64,000 nt of DNA from a bacterium (GTDB lineage Bacteria; Patescibacteriota; CPR2; UBA1875; CAIMLA01). The first letter of the stretch is position 1. Each line of letters starts with the position of its first letter. The stretch spans positions 18,793-82,792 of the forward strand of contig JBAXUE010000003.1 in NCBI GenBank assembly GCA_037129835.1, given 5' to 3'. A program made the position numbers and the translations under genes. The notes under the pieces are model-generated. The model did not search any database, was not told the origin of the DNA, and was given only the letters and a program-made list of their open reading frames with translations. Positions 37,175 to 46,014 of the stretch are shown piece by piece.

Positions 37175-37875
37175 TACTTTTTACCTCCAGGAGACTCTAG
37201 GTCTGCAAATTTATAGGCAGAGAGGTCTGGCAGATTACTGTTTTGACCCTTATTGGGATTTACTGTGGCAACTTGTGAAATAGCCGGTTCTCTGTTTTTT
37301 GCTACATTTTCGGCGGCATCATTCAGTGCCTGCGTTATCTCTTTGTTTCTGCTCGGAGTTTCGTTCAGTGCTATTTCTGCCGAAATATAGTCATCTGTCA
37401 TTTCTTCAATCCCACCGTCCAGAAGCGCCGCCATTTTTTTTATATGCGACAGCTCTTGGCGAACGCCTTTTTTGTTTTCAATGCCCGAGTCGAATGGTTG
37501 TCCAGTATCAGACTTACTCTTCAGTGTGACCTTTTCTGTTAATTTATTTAATGAGTCAAGTGCCCCGCCAGCATCTAGAGATTCTTTTGCCCATAATCGC
37601 AACTTTTCACCAGTATAGTACTGGTATAAAGGGAAGATATAATAATCAAGCGGCCTAGAATTGTATGGCACAAAGGCGAGCGAAAAAAATAGGGCTACAG
37701 GGAAAATAGCGGCGAGAACACCAACAAATATCGGTAGTTTGGCAGCGGTGAATAGCGTGTAAAATCCGAAGCCAAAACCAATCCCTGCAAGCATAAAGCC
37801 AAATTGTTTTAGGGTTAGCGGACCAAGGACTTGATCTGCAACCTCCACATCTTGTGGAACGTTATAGTAATTCAT
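37174..37875 (-). CDS. VirB3/PrgI-like small inner-membrane T4SS component with C-terminal soluble extension
   Basis: Two adjacent TM helices near the N-terminus (LTLKQFGFMLAGIGFGFGFYTLFTAAKLPIFVGVLAAIFPVALFFSLAFVPY) immediately upstream of VirB4, as for VirB3/PrgI/TcpE. Confidence 0.3.
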   Translation of the reverse strand: MNYYNVPQDVEVADQVLGPLTLKQFGFMLAGIGFGFGFYTLFTAAKLPIFVGVLAAIFPVALFFSLAFVPYNSRPLDYYIFPLYQYYTGEKLRLWAKESLDAGGALDSLNKLTEKVTLKSKSDTGQPFDSGIENKKGVRQELSHIKKMAALLDGGIEEMTDDYISAEIALNETPSRNKEITQALNDAAENVAKNREPAISQVATVNPNKGQNSNLPDLSAYKFADLESPGGKK

Positions 37876-37911
37876 TTATCTTCCTATATACCATTTAATG
37901 CTTCTTTACAC

Positions 37912-40329
37912 TTATAAATCATCAATTTGCTTGTTTATTGCAGTTGCCTTATCTTGTTCTTCCACTGTTGCGTGTGCTGGCCCCGCAGCCCTTGTTTCGT
38001 CAATGGTCGCTCTTTTCTCAGCTTCTTCGAACTTTGCCTGTTTGGCTGCTGCAGCCTTTTCTGTTGCGGTTGCCGCCGCCGCCGCATGTGCCGCCGCCGC
38101 TGCTGTTGCTGCCTTTGCGGCATCAATTTGTGCCCTGTTAATAGGCTCTGCTTCTTCTTGTGCCTTAGAAACTTCTTCTATCATCGCTTCTGTTTGGGCT
38201 GCGCTCTTGCTCTTTTCTCTTTTAGCTGATTTTTCAAAGGCGCCAAGAACCTTCTTGCTATCGGCAGTTACCTTGCCGGATCGATCCATGTGTGTAGAAG
38301 CGGCCGCAACTCTAGTATTGATTGTTTCTGTTTGTTCTTGACTAAATTGGCTGAAGTCGGTTACCTGGCTGAAGTCAACTAGGGCCATATGCTCTGGGTT
38401 GATTTTGCCGGTGTTGTCTGTAAATGTCTTTGAAGCATCGAAAATAATATTGTCTGCTTCTGCTCCGGTTTGCAGATCCCCTGGGTTGCTTGCTCGTAAT
38501 TTTTCTGCTCGTCTCTTCTCTGCGGCAAAGTTTTTACCCATGTTTCCAGCCAAAAGATCTTTGTAGTCTTTTCCGTTTGCTCTGATGACCGCAGAGGTTA
38601 CTCTGCTATCGCCCATGTCGCTAGCCTTTCTTTGTAGCCGTCCATTTTTAGCAGTCCATCTGCTTACCTTGCTTCTCTCTTCATCGGTAAGTACTGGGCC
38701 ACCATGATGTGAATTTTCCTCTTTTATGAACAGCTCTTGCATGTCCTTTGTTTTAAAGTCTTTGTAATATTCATCCTTTATTGGCACATCTGTTATTACG
38801 CCGTGTCTATCATATTCATATCCAGCCTCGGTTTCTTTCCCCATATGTGCAAACGCTTGATCACCTTTAAACTTGTAGTCACCATCTTTGTCTGTCAGTA
38901 CTCTGAGCCTCTCTCTGCCCATTGGATCAAAACTAGCTTCTTTGGTAACAAGTTCTTCGTCTCCGGCTTGTCTTTTCTCGGCGTCACCGTCATTAACTCC
39001 CAGAACTATCGCCGAAGCCTTACCAAGAATTCTTTTGCCAAAGTTATCAGAGTTGGCAGCCGCCTCTCCCCCAAGTCCACTATGGACTCTTTCATTCCAA
39101 GGTATACCGCTTTTATTCATAGCTTTTGACCCTTCCTTCATTACCATTCCGCCCAATGACTTTGCCTTGTTTGTTACCATGCCTTGCCCAGCCTTACCTA
39201 TGGCAGCAGCAGCCCCTCCGAGAAATTTGAGAGGTAAAAATATAGCGGCTATGGTAGCAACCAGGCCTGCAAAAAGAAGGTAATATGAAACCGGGTCAAA
39301 AATTTCTATAATAGATTTCGGTGCCCCGCCAGCCATAACATCAATTCCACCCCCCATTCCAAAGCTCTTGGAATTATCTGTTGCCCATGGATATTTTCCG
39401 CCAGTCACAATCTCATCTTGTATAAATTGTTTCCCTTTTTGTGACACCAGGGTCTTAGCAGTCCCCACAAGGCTAGTTTTAGAAGCGCCAAATGTAATCA
39501 ATTGGCCAACAAATAGGACTAATACAAATATTGGTAGGAAAAAGACCCACTTCGTAAATTCCTTCCACCAAGTGCTATATACGCTTTTTGTCCAAGGCAA
39601 CACGTTACAAGCAAAGGCCAGGGGCGCCAGGATGATGCACAGCATCACTACTACCGCCCTGAAAGCAAGCATGGCGCAAGCGCAAATCATAATCAGTAAG
39701 GCTATTATAGCGACAAATATTGAAAGGAAAGCGACCACCACGTTACTCCCTGTACCAATTCCTGAATATGTGGCCATTAGCACTTCAGTCATACTTTGAG
39801 TGCCGATTATTTGATTAACCATAACGCTTGCAAGGTCGTAAATCACAGCAGCAAGAGGACGACTAATAATCATCATAAAGATTGTCAGGGCAAGCTTGGG
39901 AACCATCGCCGAAAGTGTCCATTCCTTTAAGCCAACATTAAAGGTGGTTGCAAAGATGGCGACTAGCAGTGTGACTCCAAAAATAGAATAAGCTATAGTG
40001 TCGGTTGATACTACTAGTTGTTGATACATTGTGTTGGTTGGGTCGGTGCCTACGGTAATTACCATTTTAGACATGAACATAGCGAGGGATAACAGAACAA
40101 AGCCGAAGCCGTAAATCGCTTGAGCAATAGAGGTGAACATGGCGGTAAAAAAGTCGACGATCCAGTCAAGGGGATTTAGAGAGAATCTAGCAGCATAGGA
40201 AAGGCTTGGTGCTAGTAGCACGGTTGCTGCTCCTGCATATACATAGCCACGTTTATAAAATAAGCTTTTTATTTTTGCCCTTGTACGGGACACACTTTGA
40301 GCGATACCCATATAATCCCCCCCAAACAA
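37912..40329 (-). CDS. VirB6/TrbL/PrgH-like polytopic T4SS channel protein with long charged, Ala-rich C-terminal tail
   Basis: 805 aa; about 8 TM helices in the first ~400 aa, then a hydrophilic domain ending in AAKAATAAAAAHAAAAATATEKAAAAKQ; upstream of the VirB3-like and VirB4 genes. Confidence 0.4.
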   Translation of the reverse strand: MFGGDYMGIAQSVSRTRAKIKSLFYKRGYVYAGAATVLLAPSLSYAARFSLNPLDWIVDFFTAMFTSIAQAIYGFGFVLLSLAMFMSKMVITVGTDPTNTMYQQLVVSTDTIAYSIFGVTLLVAIFATTFNVGLKEWTLSAMVPKLALTIFMMIISRPLAAVIYDLASVMVNQIIGTQSMTEVLMATYSGIGTGSNVVVAFLSIFVAIIALLIMICACAMLAFRAVVVMLCIILAPLAFACNVLPWTKSVYSTWWKEFTKWVFFLPIFVLVLFVGQLITFGASKTSLVGTAKTLVSQKGKQFIQDEIVTGGKYPWATDNSKSFGMGGGIDVMAGGAPKSIIEIFDPVSYYLLFAGLVATIAAIFLPLKFLGGAAAAIGKAGQGMVTNKAKSLGGMVMKEGSKAMNKSGIPWNERVHSGLGGEAAANSDNFGKRILGKASAIVLGVNDGDAEKRQAGDEELVTKEASFDPMGRERLRVLTDKDGDYKFKGDQAFAHMGKETEAGYEYDRHGVITDVPIKDEYYKDFKTKDMQELFIKEENSHHGGPVLTDEERSKVSRWTAKNGRLQRKASDMGDSRVTSAVIRANGKDYKDLLAGNMGKNFAAEKRRAEKLRASNPGDLQTGAEADNIIFDASKTFTDNTGKINPEHMALVDFSQVTDFSQFSQEQTETINTRVAAASTHMDRSGKVTADSKKVLGAFEKSAKREKSKSAAQTEAMIEEVSKAQEEAEPINRAQIDAAKAATAAAAAHAAAAATATEKAAAAKQAKFEEAEKRATIDETRAAGPAHATVEEQDKATAINKQIDDL

Positions 40330-40440
40330 TTAATAATCATTAACAATAGTTTAAAACATATTACACTTTCAAGCAATAAAAAAGATGCTTCATGTGGAAG
40401 CATCTTGCGAAGTAATCTTTCGAACCCCTGGTTTGTTTCT

Positions 40441-40797
40441 TTAAAATCGCCCGATGATAAAACCAATAAGACTTACTAGTAGATAAGAGCCAGCAACGAT
40501 AGCTATACCGATAAGGCCAGAGGTAAGTATCTTTTTTGCGGTTGTTGACCTTGTTGGGTCTCCAGCAGAAAGCATGTACATTATACCGCCATAAATAAGG
40601 ACCAGTACGGCAATAGTAAATGTAACCCCCCATACTATGTCATAGATGCTAGTAAGAAAGTGTTGTAGCGTACTGCTACCAAACTGTGTGGTTACTACTG
40701 AAATAGCTTTCGCCATGGTTGTCATTGGTAAAAACAGAGCCGTTATTCCGAGGCCAAGCCCAAAACCGTTTATCATTTTTTGTTTATTCATATCCAC
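40441..40797 (-). CDS. VirB2/TrbC-like pilin-type protein 1 (signal peptide + two hydrophobic helices around a short polar loop)
   Basis: 118 aa; ...VLVLIYGGIMYMLSAGDPTRSTTAKKILTSGLIGIAIVAGSYLLV; paralogous to the next two ORFs. Confidence 0.45.
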   Translation of the reverse strand: MDMNKQKMINGFGLGLGITALFLPMTTMAKAISVVTTQFGSSTLQHFLTSIYDIVWGVTFTIAVLVLIYGGIMYMLSAGDPTRSTTAKKILTSGLIGIAIVAGSYLLVSLIGFIIGRF

Positions 40798-40849
40798 TCC
40801 TTATTATAAAAATATTTTAACATGTGCAGACCCATAGTCAACATCTTTT

Positions 40850-41248
40850 TTATGTAAACAGCGTTGCGAGATACCCAGCGAAGCTCACTAATAGTTTAGA
40901 TCCAGCGATAACAGCAATAGCTATAAAGATATATGTGAGATATTTTTTGGCCGTTGTCGCTCTGTTTGCGTCACCCGCCGAGGTCATATACATAATTCCC
41001 GCCATCACTACCGCCAGCGTGGCTGCAGTAAGAGTGACTCCAAGAAAAATATCAAAAATGTTACTCGTTATGCATGTGACCATTTCTACTCCAGAAATAC
41101 CAGGAGTAGATAGTTCGGTGCAACCCTTATAGAAGGGATTGGAAGAACCGGGGTCTCTGGCAGTCTTGTATGCGTGAGCAATTGTGCCCAACGGAAATAT
41201 TGAAAGAAAGACGGCTATAACAATAAGTAAATTGATTCGTCTTTTCAT
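40850..41248 (-). CDS. VirB2/TrbC-like pilin-type protein 2
   Basis: ...LAVVMAGIMYMTSAGDANRATTAKKYLTYIFIAIAVIAGSKLLV aligns with protein 1; start probably at the internal MKRRINLL (track start 41284 overlaps the upstream gene by 40 nt). Confidence 0.45.
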   Translation of the reverse strand: MKRRINLLIVIAVFLSIFPLGTIAHAYKTARDPGSSNPFYKGCTELSTPGISGVEMVTCITSNIFDIFLGVTLTAATLAVVMAGIMYMTSAGDANRATTAKKYLTYIFIAIAVIAGSKLLVSFAGYLATLFT

Positions 41249-41655
41249 TTGAAGTTGATGCCCATAAAAGAGAGGATAATCCAAAATGCTGACATCGCGA
41301 ATGCCCCCGTAAACGCTGCAATTATCATTTTTTTACCCTGCTCATACCTTGCGGCGTTACCAATGGAGACGAACATTGTGACCCCACCCAATATCATCAT
41401 TACAAGCGACAGGGTATATAAGATTGGGGCGGCATGACCGGCCATTTTACCAAGAGCTTGTGGCGCGTTGTCTGTATCATCAAATAAGCCGTGATTTAAT
41501 AGACTTCCAGCTAATATATTCGCGGGATAAGTAATAATAAAAGAAAATATTAAGGCATAAACAACATATGATTTTTTTTGCAATTGTTTAAATAGTTTTG
41601 TAATGGTGTGCACAGTCGAAACCCCCCTTGATATAAAAAGATTACACAACACCAT
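41245..41655 (-). CDS. VirB2/TrbC-like pilin-type protein 3 (more divergent)
   Basis: 136 aa; ...LVMMILGGVTMFVSIGNAARYEQGKKMIIAAFTGAFAMSAFWIILSF has the same topology; first gene of the minus-strand array, AT-rich promoter region upstream. Confidence 0.4.
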   Translation of the reverse strand: MVLCNLFISRGVSTVHTITKLFKQLQKKSYVVYALIFSFIITYPANILAGSLLNHGLFDDTDNAPQALGKMAGHAAPILYTLSLVMMILGGVTMFVSIGNAARYEQGKKMIIAAFTGAFAMSAFWIILSFMGINFK

Positions 41656-41676
41656 ACAATATTACAAGTATTTTTA

Positions 41677-42189
41677 TTGTTTATTAATACTATTTATCTG
41701 AAAGATTTTCTGTATTATAATTTACACATAATGACATTTGAAATTGAAAAATATTATAAATACAAAAAAGGCCCAATCTGGTATCTAGTCGTAGTGTCGG
41801 TTTTTTCTTTTTTTTCTTTTCGCGCCTATATGGCAAATGATTATTATCAGCTATTTCTTTATGCACTCGTCGCATCTGGTTTATTGGCCTATATATTAAT
41901 TAAGCCTTTGAAAAATAAAGTTGAAATAACAGAAAGCTCTATACATATCGATAAAAATGTTTTTCTCTTTGTTAACATGGACGGCTACATCCTTCTCGAG
42001 GACAAAGAAGTCTATATGTTTCATTTATTTATGAAGAGCAAGTGGAAGCCCACTATCAAGCTGACCTTTCTAAAGGAGCAGAAAAAAGATGTTGATAAAG
42101 TTGACACTTTTCTAGAAAAGAAGCTTAAAGTTTTGGAAAACGAAAAAGAGCCCTCGATGGATTACCTTCAAAGGCTCTTTAGGTTCTAG
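41677..42189 (+). CDS. Hypothetical small membrane protein, 2 TM + C-terminal PH-like (YcxB-like) domain
   Basis: 170 aa, Lys-rich, two hydrophobic helices (WYLVVVSVFSFFSF..., LFLYALVASGLLAYILI) followed by a soluble domain; divergent from the pilin operon. Confidence 0.3.
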   Translation: MFINTIYLKDFLYYNLHIMTFEIEKYYKYKKGPIWYLVVVSVFSFFSFRAYMANDYYQLFLYALVASGLLAYILIKPLKNKVEITESSIHIDKNVFLFVNMDGYILLEDKEVYMFHLFMKSKWKPTIKLTFLKEQKKDVDKVDTFLEKKLKVLENEKEPSMDYLQRLFRF

Positions 42190-42214
42190 AATCTAAAGAA
42201 CTTAGTATCGGCAG

Positions 42215-42721
42215 TTAACTTCCGCTAACCTTTATCTTGCGTAGTTTGTGTGTTTCTGCCTTGGGTATTCTGATAGTAAGAATGCCTTTCTTGAAATCTG
42301 CAAGGGCTTCGTCGGCAAGACCCTTTTGCGGCAAGTTTATTGTTCGTGAGAATGATCCCCAGTAGCACTCTTGGGCATGGTATGAGCCAGAGTCTACTTC
42401 CTTGATATCCGCCCTCTCACCTCTGATGATTACCATGTCGTCTGTAACTGTGATGTCGATATTATCACCGTCTACGCCGGCGACCGGAGCCTTAATAACG
42501 ATTTCTTTTGCTGTTTCATAAACGTCAACAGCCAACTGTCCTTCGAGCGTTGTTTCTTCTGGAGCTTCGGTGATGCCGGTATTAACCCAATCATCAGTTA
42601 AAATATTTTCTTCAAGGAAAAAGCTCTCTTCGGTTACTGGGTTTACTGCCGAAGTTTTTTTCTTAATATTTGGTAGTTTTGGTAGCATCATGATATTCCT
42701 CCCGACGACTACAGCCGCCAA
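42215..42721 (-). CDS. Small heat-shock protein, Hsp20/alpha-crystallin family
   Basis: 168 aa; C-terminal FKKGILTIRIPKAE and the alpha-crystallin core ...SFSRTINLP... Confidence 0.8.
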   Translation of the reverse strand: MAAVVVGRNIMMLPKLPNIKKKTSAVNPVTEESFFLEENILTDDWVNTGITEAPEETTLEGQLAVDVYETAKEIVIKAPVAGVDGDNIDITVTDDMVIIRGERADIKEVDSGSYHAQECYWGSFSRTINLPQKGLADEALADFKKGILTIRIPKAETHKLRKIKVSGS

Positions 42722-42925
42722 CCATTTTTAACTTAATAATATTTTCTCACGTTAAGAATAATATAGCAATAACAAATTTCGATAAAAACAGAAATATTTG
42801 AGCACGATTTGGTTAATAATTTAGCGACAGCAATAATAAGGATATAATAATTTTAAACTTAGATTCGCAGTAAATACGCGATAACAAAAATAGTGACAAA
42901 ACATACATTATAGTCTAATATATTC

Positions 42926-43507
42926 GTGAGGGGGGTGTTTATGGCCTATGTTAGAAAGTGTCTCCGGGATAATGTACGTCGAGTGCTGCTGGTATTACTA
43001 AACGAGGGAGGGGAAGTTCATGAGCTTGATTCTGATCCTCTTGAGGCTAAGAAGGTAACAGAAATCTTTTTAGACGAAGATGGCTACGGTTATAGTCAGT
43101 CAAAGATGCGTCGAGTACTGCGAAGCTTGTCAGATAAAGGCTTTGTCGAGGTAAAATGGAAAAATTCAGGCGTTATAGCATCTTTAACCGAGGCTGGACG
43201 ACTCAGGGCACTCCGTTATAAGGTAGATGAGATCAATATTGAAGTTCCGGCCTGGTGGGATCATCGCTGGAGAATAGTGATGTTTGATGTACCAGAGAGC
43301 CACAAACGCGCGCGCGATTTATTCAAAGAAAAGCTTATGGATTTGGGCTTTGTACAGCTACAAAATAGTGTATACGTTCATCCTGCAGAAAGTCATAACG
43401 AGATAGAGTTTATACGAACGACATACGGCATCAAGGATTATGTAAAAATATTGTTGGTCGATCGTATAGAGGGAGAGTTGGCGCTCAGGAAGCATTTTGG
43501 TCTGTAA
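42926..43507 (+). CDS. Putative transcriptional regulator: N-terminal winged HTH + C-terminal Cas2/PaaX-C-like domain
   Basis: wHTH-like VRRVLLVLLNEGGEVHELDSD...KMRRVLRSLSDKGFVEVKW; C-terminal WDHRWRIVMFDVPESHKRARDLFKEKLMDLGFVQLQNSVYV resembles the Cas2 core; no CRISPR array nearby. Confidence 0.3.
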   Translation: MRGVFMAYVRKCLRDNVRRVLLVLLNEGGEVHELDSDPLEAKKVTEIFLDEDGYGYSQSKMRRVLRSLSDKGFVEVKWKNSGVIASLTEAGRLRALRYKVDEINIEVPAWWDHRWRIVMFDVPESHKRARDLFKEKLMDLGFVQLQNSVYVHPAESHNEIEFIRTTYGIKDYVKILLVDRIEGELALRKHFGL

Positions 43508-44200
43508 GTGCAACAACTTATTACATATGTGGGCAACGCAGTAGTTGAAGCCGTCTTTCCGCCGAAATGTGACTGCGGTAAGTGGGGCAAGAATATTTGC
43601 AAAGATTGCTTATTTAAGGCCATTATTTATAAAACACCGCTGTGTCCAATATGCGGTAAAATATCACCCCAGAGTAAAACTTGTATTAACTGTAAGAATA
43701 AAAGCAAACTAACTGGCGTTATGATACTTGGGAAACACGATGGGGTCCTAAAGAAATCTATTTGGAGGTTAAAATACGGCTTTAATAAAACAATTTCGAA
43801 AGACCTGGCCTCTATGCTGGTAGATAAATTTGGAGAGGGGATTAGTAAGAAGCGGCCAGTTGTGACATGGGTCCCTGAAACCAAGAAAAAACTCAGATCA
43901 CGTGGCTATAATCAGTCAAAAGAAATAGCGCAGCATTTTGCAGATAAATTACTTCTATGCAGCGGGAGATTACTTGCCAAAAACACAGAGACAAAAAGCC
44001 AGGTAGGGCTCAAAAAAAGAGAACGACTTATGAATGTCACCGGTAGTTTTGACTATGTCGGGCCAAAAGAAATCAATAATAATATAGTGTTGATAATCGA
44101 TGATGTTTATACAACCGGCGCCACACTAGAAGAGTGCGCAAAGGTCCTTCGTAGGGCTGGATATAGAGAAATTTGGGCTATGGTGCTTACCAGAGACTAA
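43508..44200 (+). CDS. comFC: Competence protein ComFC (Zn-ribbon + phosphoribosyltransferase domain)
   Basis: Cys clusters CDCGKWGKNICKDC...CPICGK...CINC then the PRTase motif VLIIDDVYTTGATL. Confidence 0.7.
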   Translation: MQQLITYVGNAVVEAVFPPKCDCGKWGKNICKDCLFKAIIYKTPLCPICGKISPQSKTCINCKNKSKLTGVMILGKHDGVLKKSIWRLKYGFNKTISKDLASMLVDKFGEGISKKRPVVTWVPETKKKLRSRGYNQSKEIAQHFADKLLLCSGRLLAKNTETKSQVGLKKRERLMNVTGSFDYVGPKEINNNIVLIIDDVYTTGATLEECAKVLRRAGYREIWAMVLTRD

Positions 44201-44217
44201 ATTTCTCTTTTGAAGGT

Positions 44218-45888
44218 TTATTCTTTGATTACTCGCAGAACTTCGCCAATGGTTGTTACGCCCGAAAGAGACTTGAGCAGGCCATCTTGTTCCATGGTGA
44301 CCATGCCAGATTCAATCGCTTTTTCGCGAACGCTAAATATATTAGCACCTTCAGAAATTAAAATTTGAATATCGCGTTTCATCTCAAGGATTTCAAAAAT
44401 ACCGATGCGTCCTTTGAAACCTAGGTTTTTACATTTATCACAGCCAGCACCGATAGTAAATTTATATGGTGCGATGGGCTTTAACTCTTCTGGCAAGGAG
44501 CTTACTATCCTGGTTATTTCGCCATCTTCAAAAGGTGTTGGTATATATTCTTTTCGACAATCTGGGCAAATAATACGGACTAAACGTTGAGCGATAATGA
44601 GATTCGTTGAGGCGGCAAATAAAGAGGGTTCGTTAACAAGATCTATGTATCTTGAGATAGCCGTGACAGCATCGTTAGCATGAAGTGTAGAAACCATTAG
44701 GTGTCCCGTTAACGCAGCCTGGATAGCAACACTGGCTGTATTGCCATCTCGAATTTCACCAACCATTATTATGTCTGGATCTTCACGAAGTACAGCCTTT
44801 AGTCTCTCAAAAAATGATTCGCCCTCATTTATTTGAGACTGAACAGCACCAACCAGGGTATATTCTACGGGGTCTTCTAGGGTAATAATTTTTACACTTT
44901 CGGTGTTGAGTCTGTTTAATATGGCATAAATCGTGGTTGTTTTGCCAGAACCTGTTGGTCCCACAATAAGGATCATCCCATGTGGTCTATTAAGTGCGTT
45001 TTCGAGCTTTGGTTGATCGTAGGCACCTAAGCCCAAGTCGCTTATATCTAGAGTGGTAGTTTGGGCACTAAATAAACGGATTACTATATCATCGCCGTAC
45101 ATTGTAGGCATGGTCTCGATACGAACCCCGAGCTCAGTATCATTGTAATTTAGAGCAAACCTACCGCCTTGAGGAATTTTTGCATTTAGTTTTAATTCTG
45201 ACTGAAGTTCTACCTGGGATAATACATATTTGTATTGTTTCGCATTTAGGGTGGCGACGTGGTGTAGCGTACCGTCAAGCCTGTATCTAATATAGGTGTC
45301 ACCCTCTCTCGGCTCAACATGGATATCAGAAGCCTTGGACTCAAATGCCATAAAAAGGATAACCTTTAAAAGCTCTTGGACTGGTGTGGCCTGAAGCTTT
45401 GCCTGTAGCTCATCGAATGATTTGATGGTGGCAATATTGGTTAGATCTACAATATTGTCATCTTTGTCGAAGGGAACCTTCTTCTCAATATTCTTATATC
45501 TAGATAAAAATTCTACAAAAGAAGGTTCAGAAATAAGAACGATATTGATTTGAATTAATAGATATTGCTTCTTAAGTTCCTTAAAAAATTCTTCAAAATC
45601 CTTTTCGGCGTCTGTAATGGCGACCGTTAAAATGTTTTCATTATAATCAATAGGGAACGCTGAATATTTAATAACTTCTTCTCGAGAAAAAAAGCTGAGA
45701 ACATCGTTTTGTATATATGCGCCCTTGAGATATACGTATCCGAATCCAATGTCCGCCGCTTTGGCTTTTACGGCTTCTTCTAGGTCTGTTCTATATAAGC
45801 TACCAATCGTCTTGGTAAGTGAATTGTCGTTATTGTTCAAAACCCCTCCAGATTTAAAGAAGCCATAAGGGCTACTCGTTACTACCAT
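44218..45888 (-). CDS. pilB: Type IV pilus assembly ATPase PilB (GspE family)
   Basis: Walker A LIVGPTGSGKTTT, Asp/His boxes, tetracysteine CPDC...CDKC, N-terminal GSPII_E-N-like domain; 556 aa. Confidence 0.75.
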   Translation of the reverse strand: MVVTSSPYGFFKSGGVLNNNDNSLTKTIGSLYRTDLEEAVKAKAADIGFGYVYLKGAYIQNDVLSFFSREEVIKYSAFPIDYNENILTVAITDAEKDFEEFFKELKKQYLLIQINIVLISEPSFVEFLSRYKNIEKKVPFDKDDNIVDLTNIATIKSFDELQAKLQATPVQELLKVILFMAFESKASDIHVEPREGDTYIRYRLDGTLHHVATLNAKQYKYVLSQVELQSELKLNAKIPQGGRFALNYNDTELGVRIETMPTMYGDDIVIRLFSAQTTTLDISDLGLGAYDQPKLENALNRPHGMILIVGPTGSGKTTTIYAILNRLNTESVKIITLEDPVEYTLVGAVQSQINEGESFFERLKAVLREDPDIIMVGEIRDGNTASVAIQAALTGHLMVSTLHANDAVTAISRYIDLVNEPSLFAASTNLIIAQRLVRIICPDCRKEYIPTPFEDGEITRIVSSLPEELKPIAPYKFTIGAGCDKCKNLGFKGRIGIFEILEMKRDIQILISEGANIFSVREKAIESGMVTMEQDGLLKSLSGVTTIGEVLRVIKE

Positions 45889-45904
45889 TATTTTAGCACA
45901 ATTT

Positions 45905-45930
45905 AAAAAATGACCAATAGGTCATTTTTC
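45905..45930 (-). terminator. Hairpin + U-tract downstream of tRNA-Ser(CGA)
   Basis: aaaaatgacc-aata-ggtcattttt: 10-bp arms with a 4-nt loop, A/T tracts on both sides (bidirectional shape). Confidence 0.4.
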
Positions 45931-46014
45931 GTCATGTTGTTCATTCGACTACGCTCAGGACATTCGACTTGCAACCTCTATTGGCTATAGCCATGAACGA
46001 GCTTGCGAGTCGAA

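Noticed and set aside
37898-38341. Several plus-strand ORFs (37898..38341, 37927..38229, 37938..38141) and the minus ORF 37935..38126 encoding Ala-, Cys- or Arg-rich low-complexity peptides
   Set aside because: They lie antisense or out of frame within the GCC-repeat tail of the 805-aa VirB6-like gene. They are artefacts of trinucleotide repeats, not genes.
25753-42189. Integrated conjugative element or prophage interpretation of the T4SS/hydrolase region
   Set aside because: There is no integrase, relaxase, coupling protein, transposase, att-like direct repeats flanking the region or capsid/terminase genes. Base composition matches the surrounding chromosome, so a domesticated chromosomal system is favoured (this remains an inference).
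42190-42214. Possible terminator between convergent genes 41677..42189 and the hsp20 gene
   Set aside because: Only an imperfect short inverted repeat (gttctaga...aagaac) with no T-tract; not convincing.
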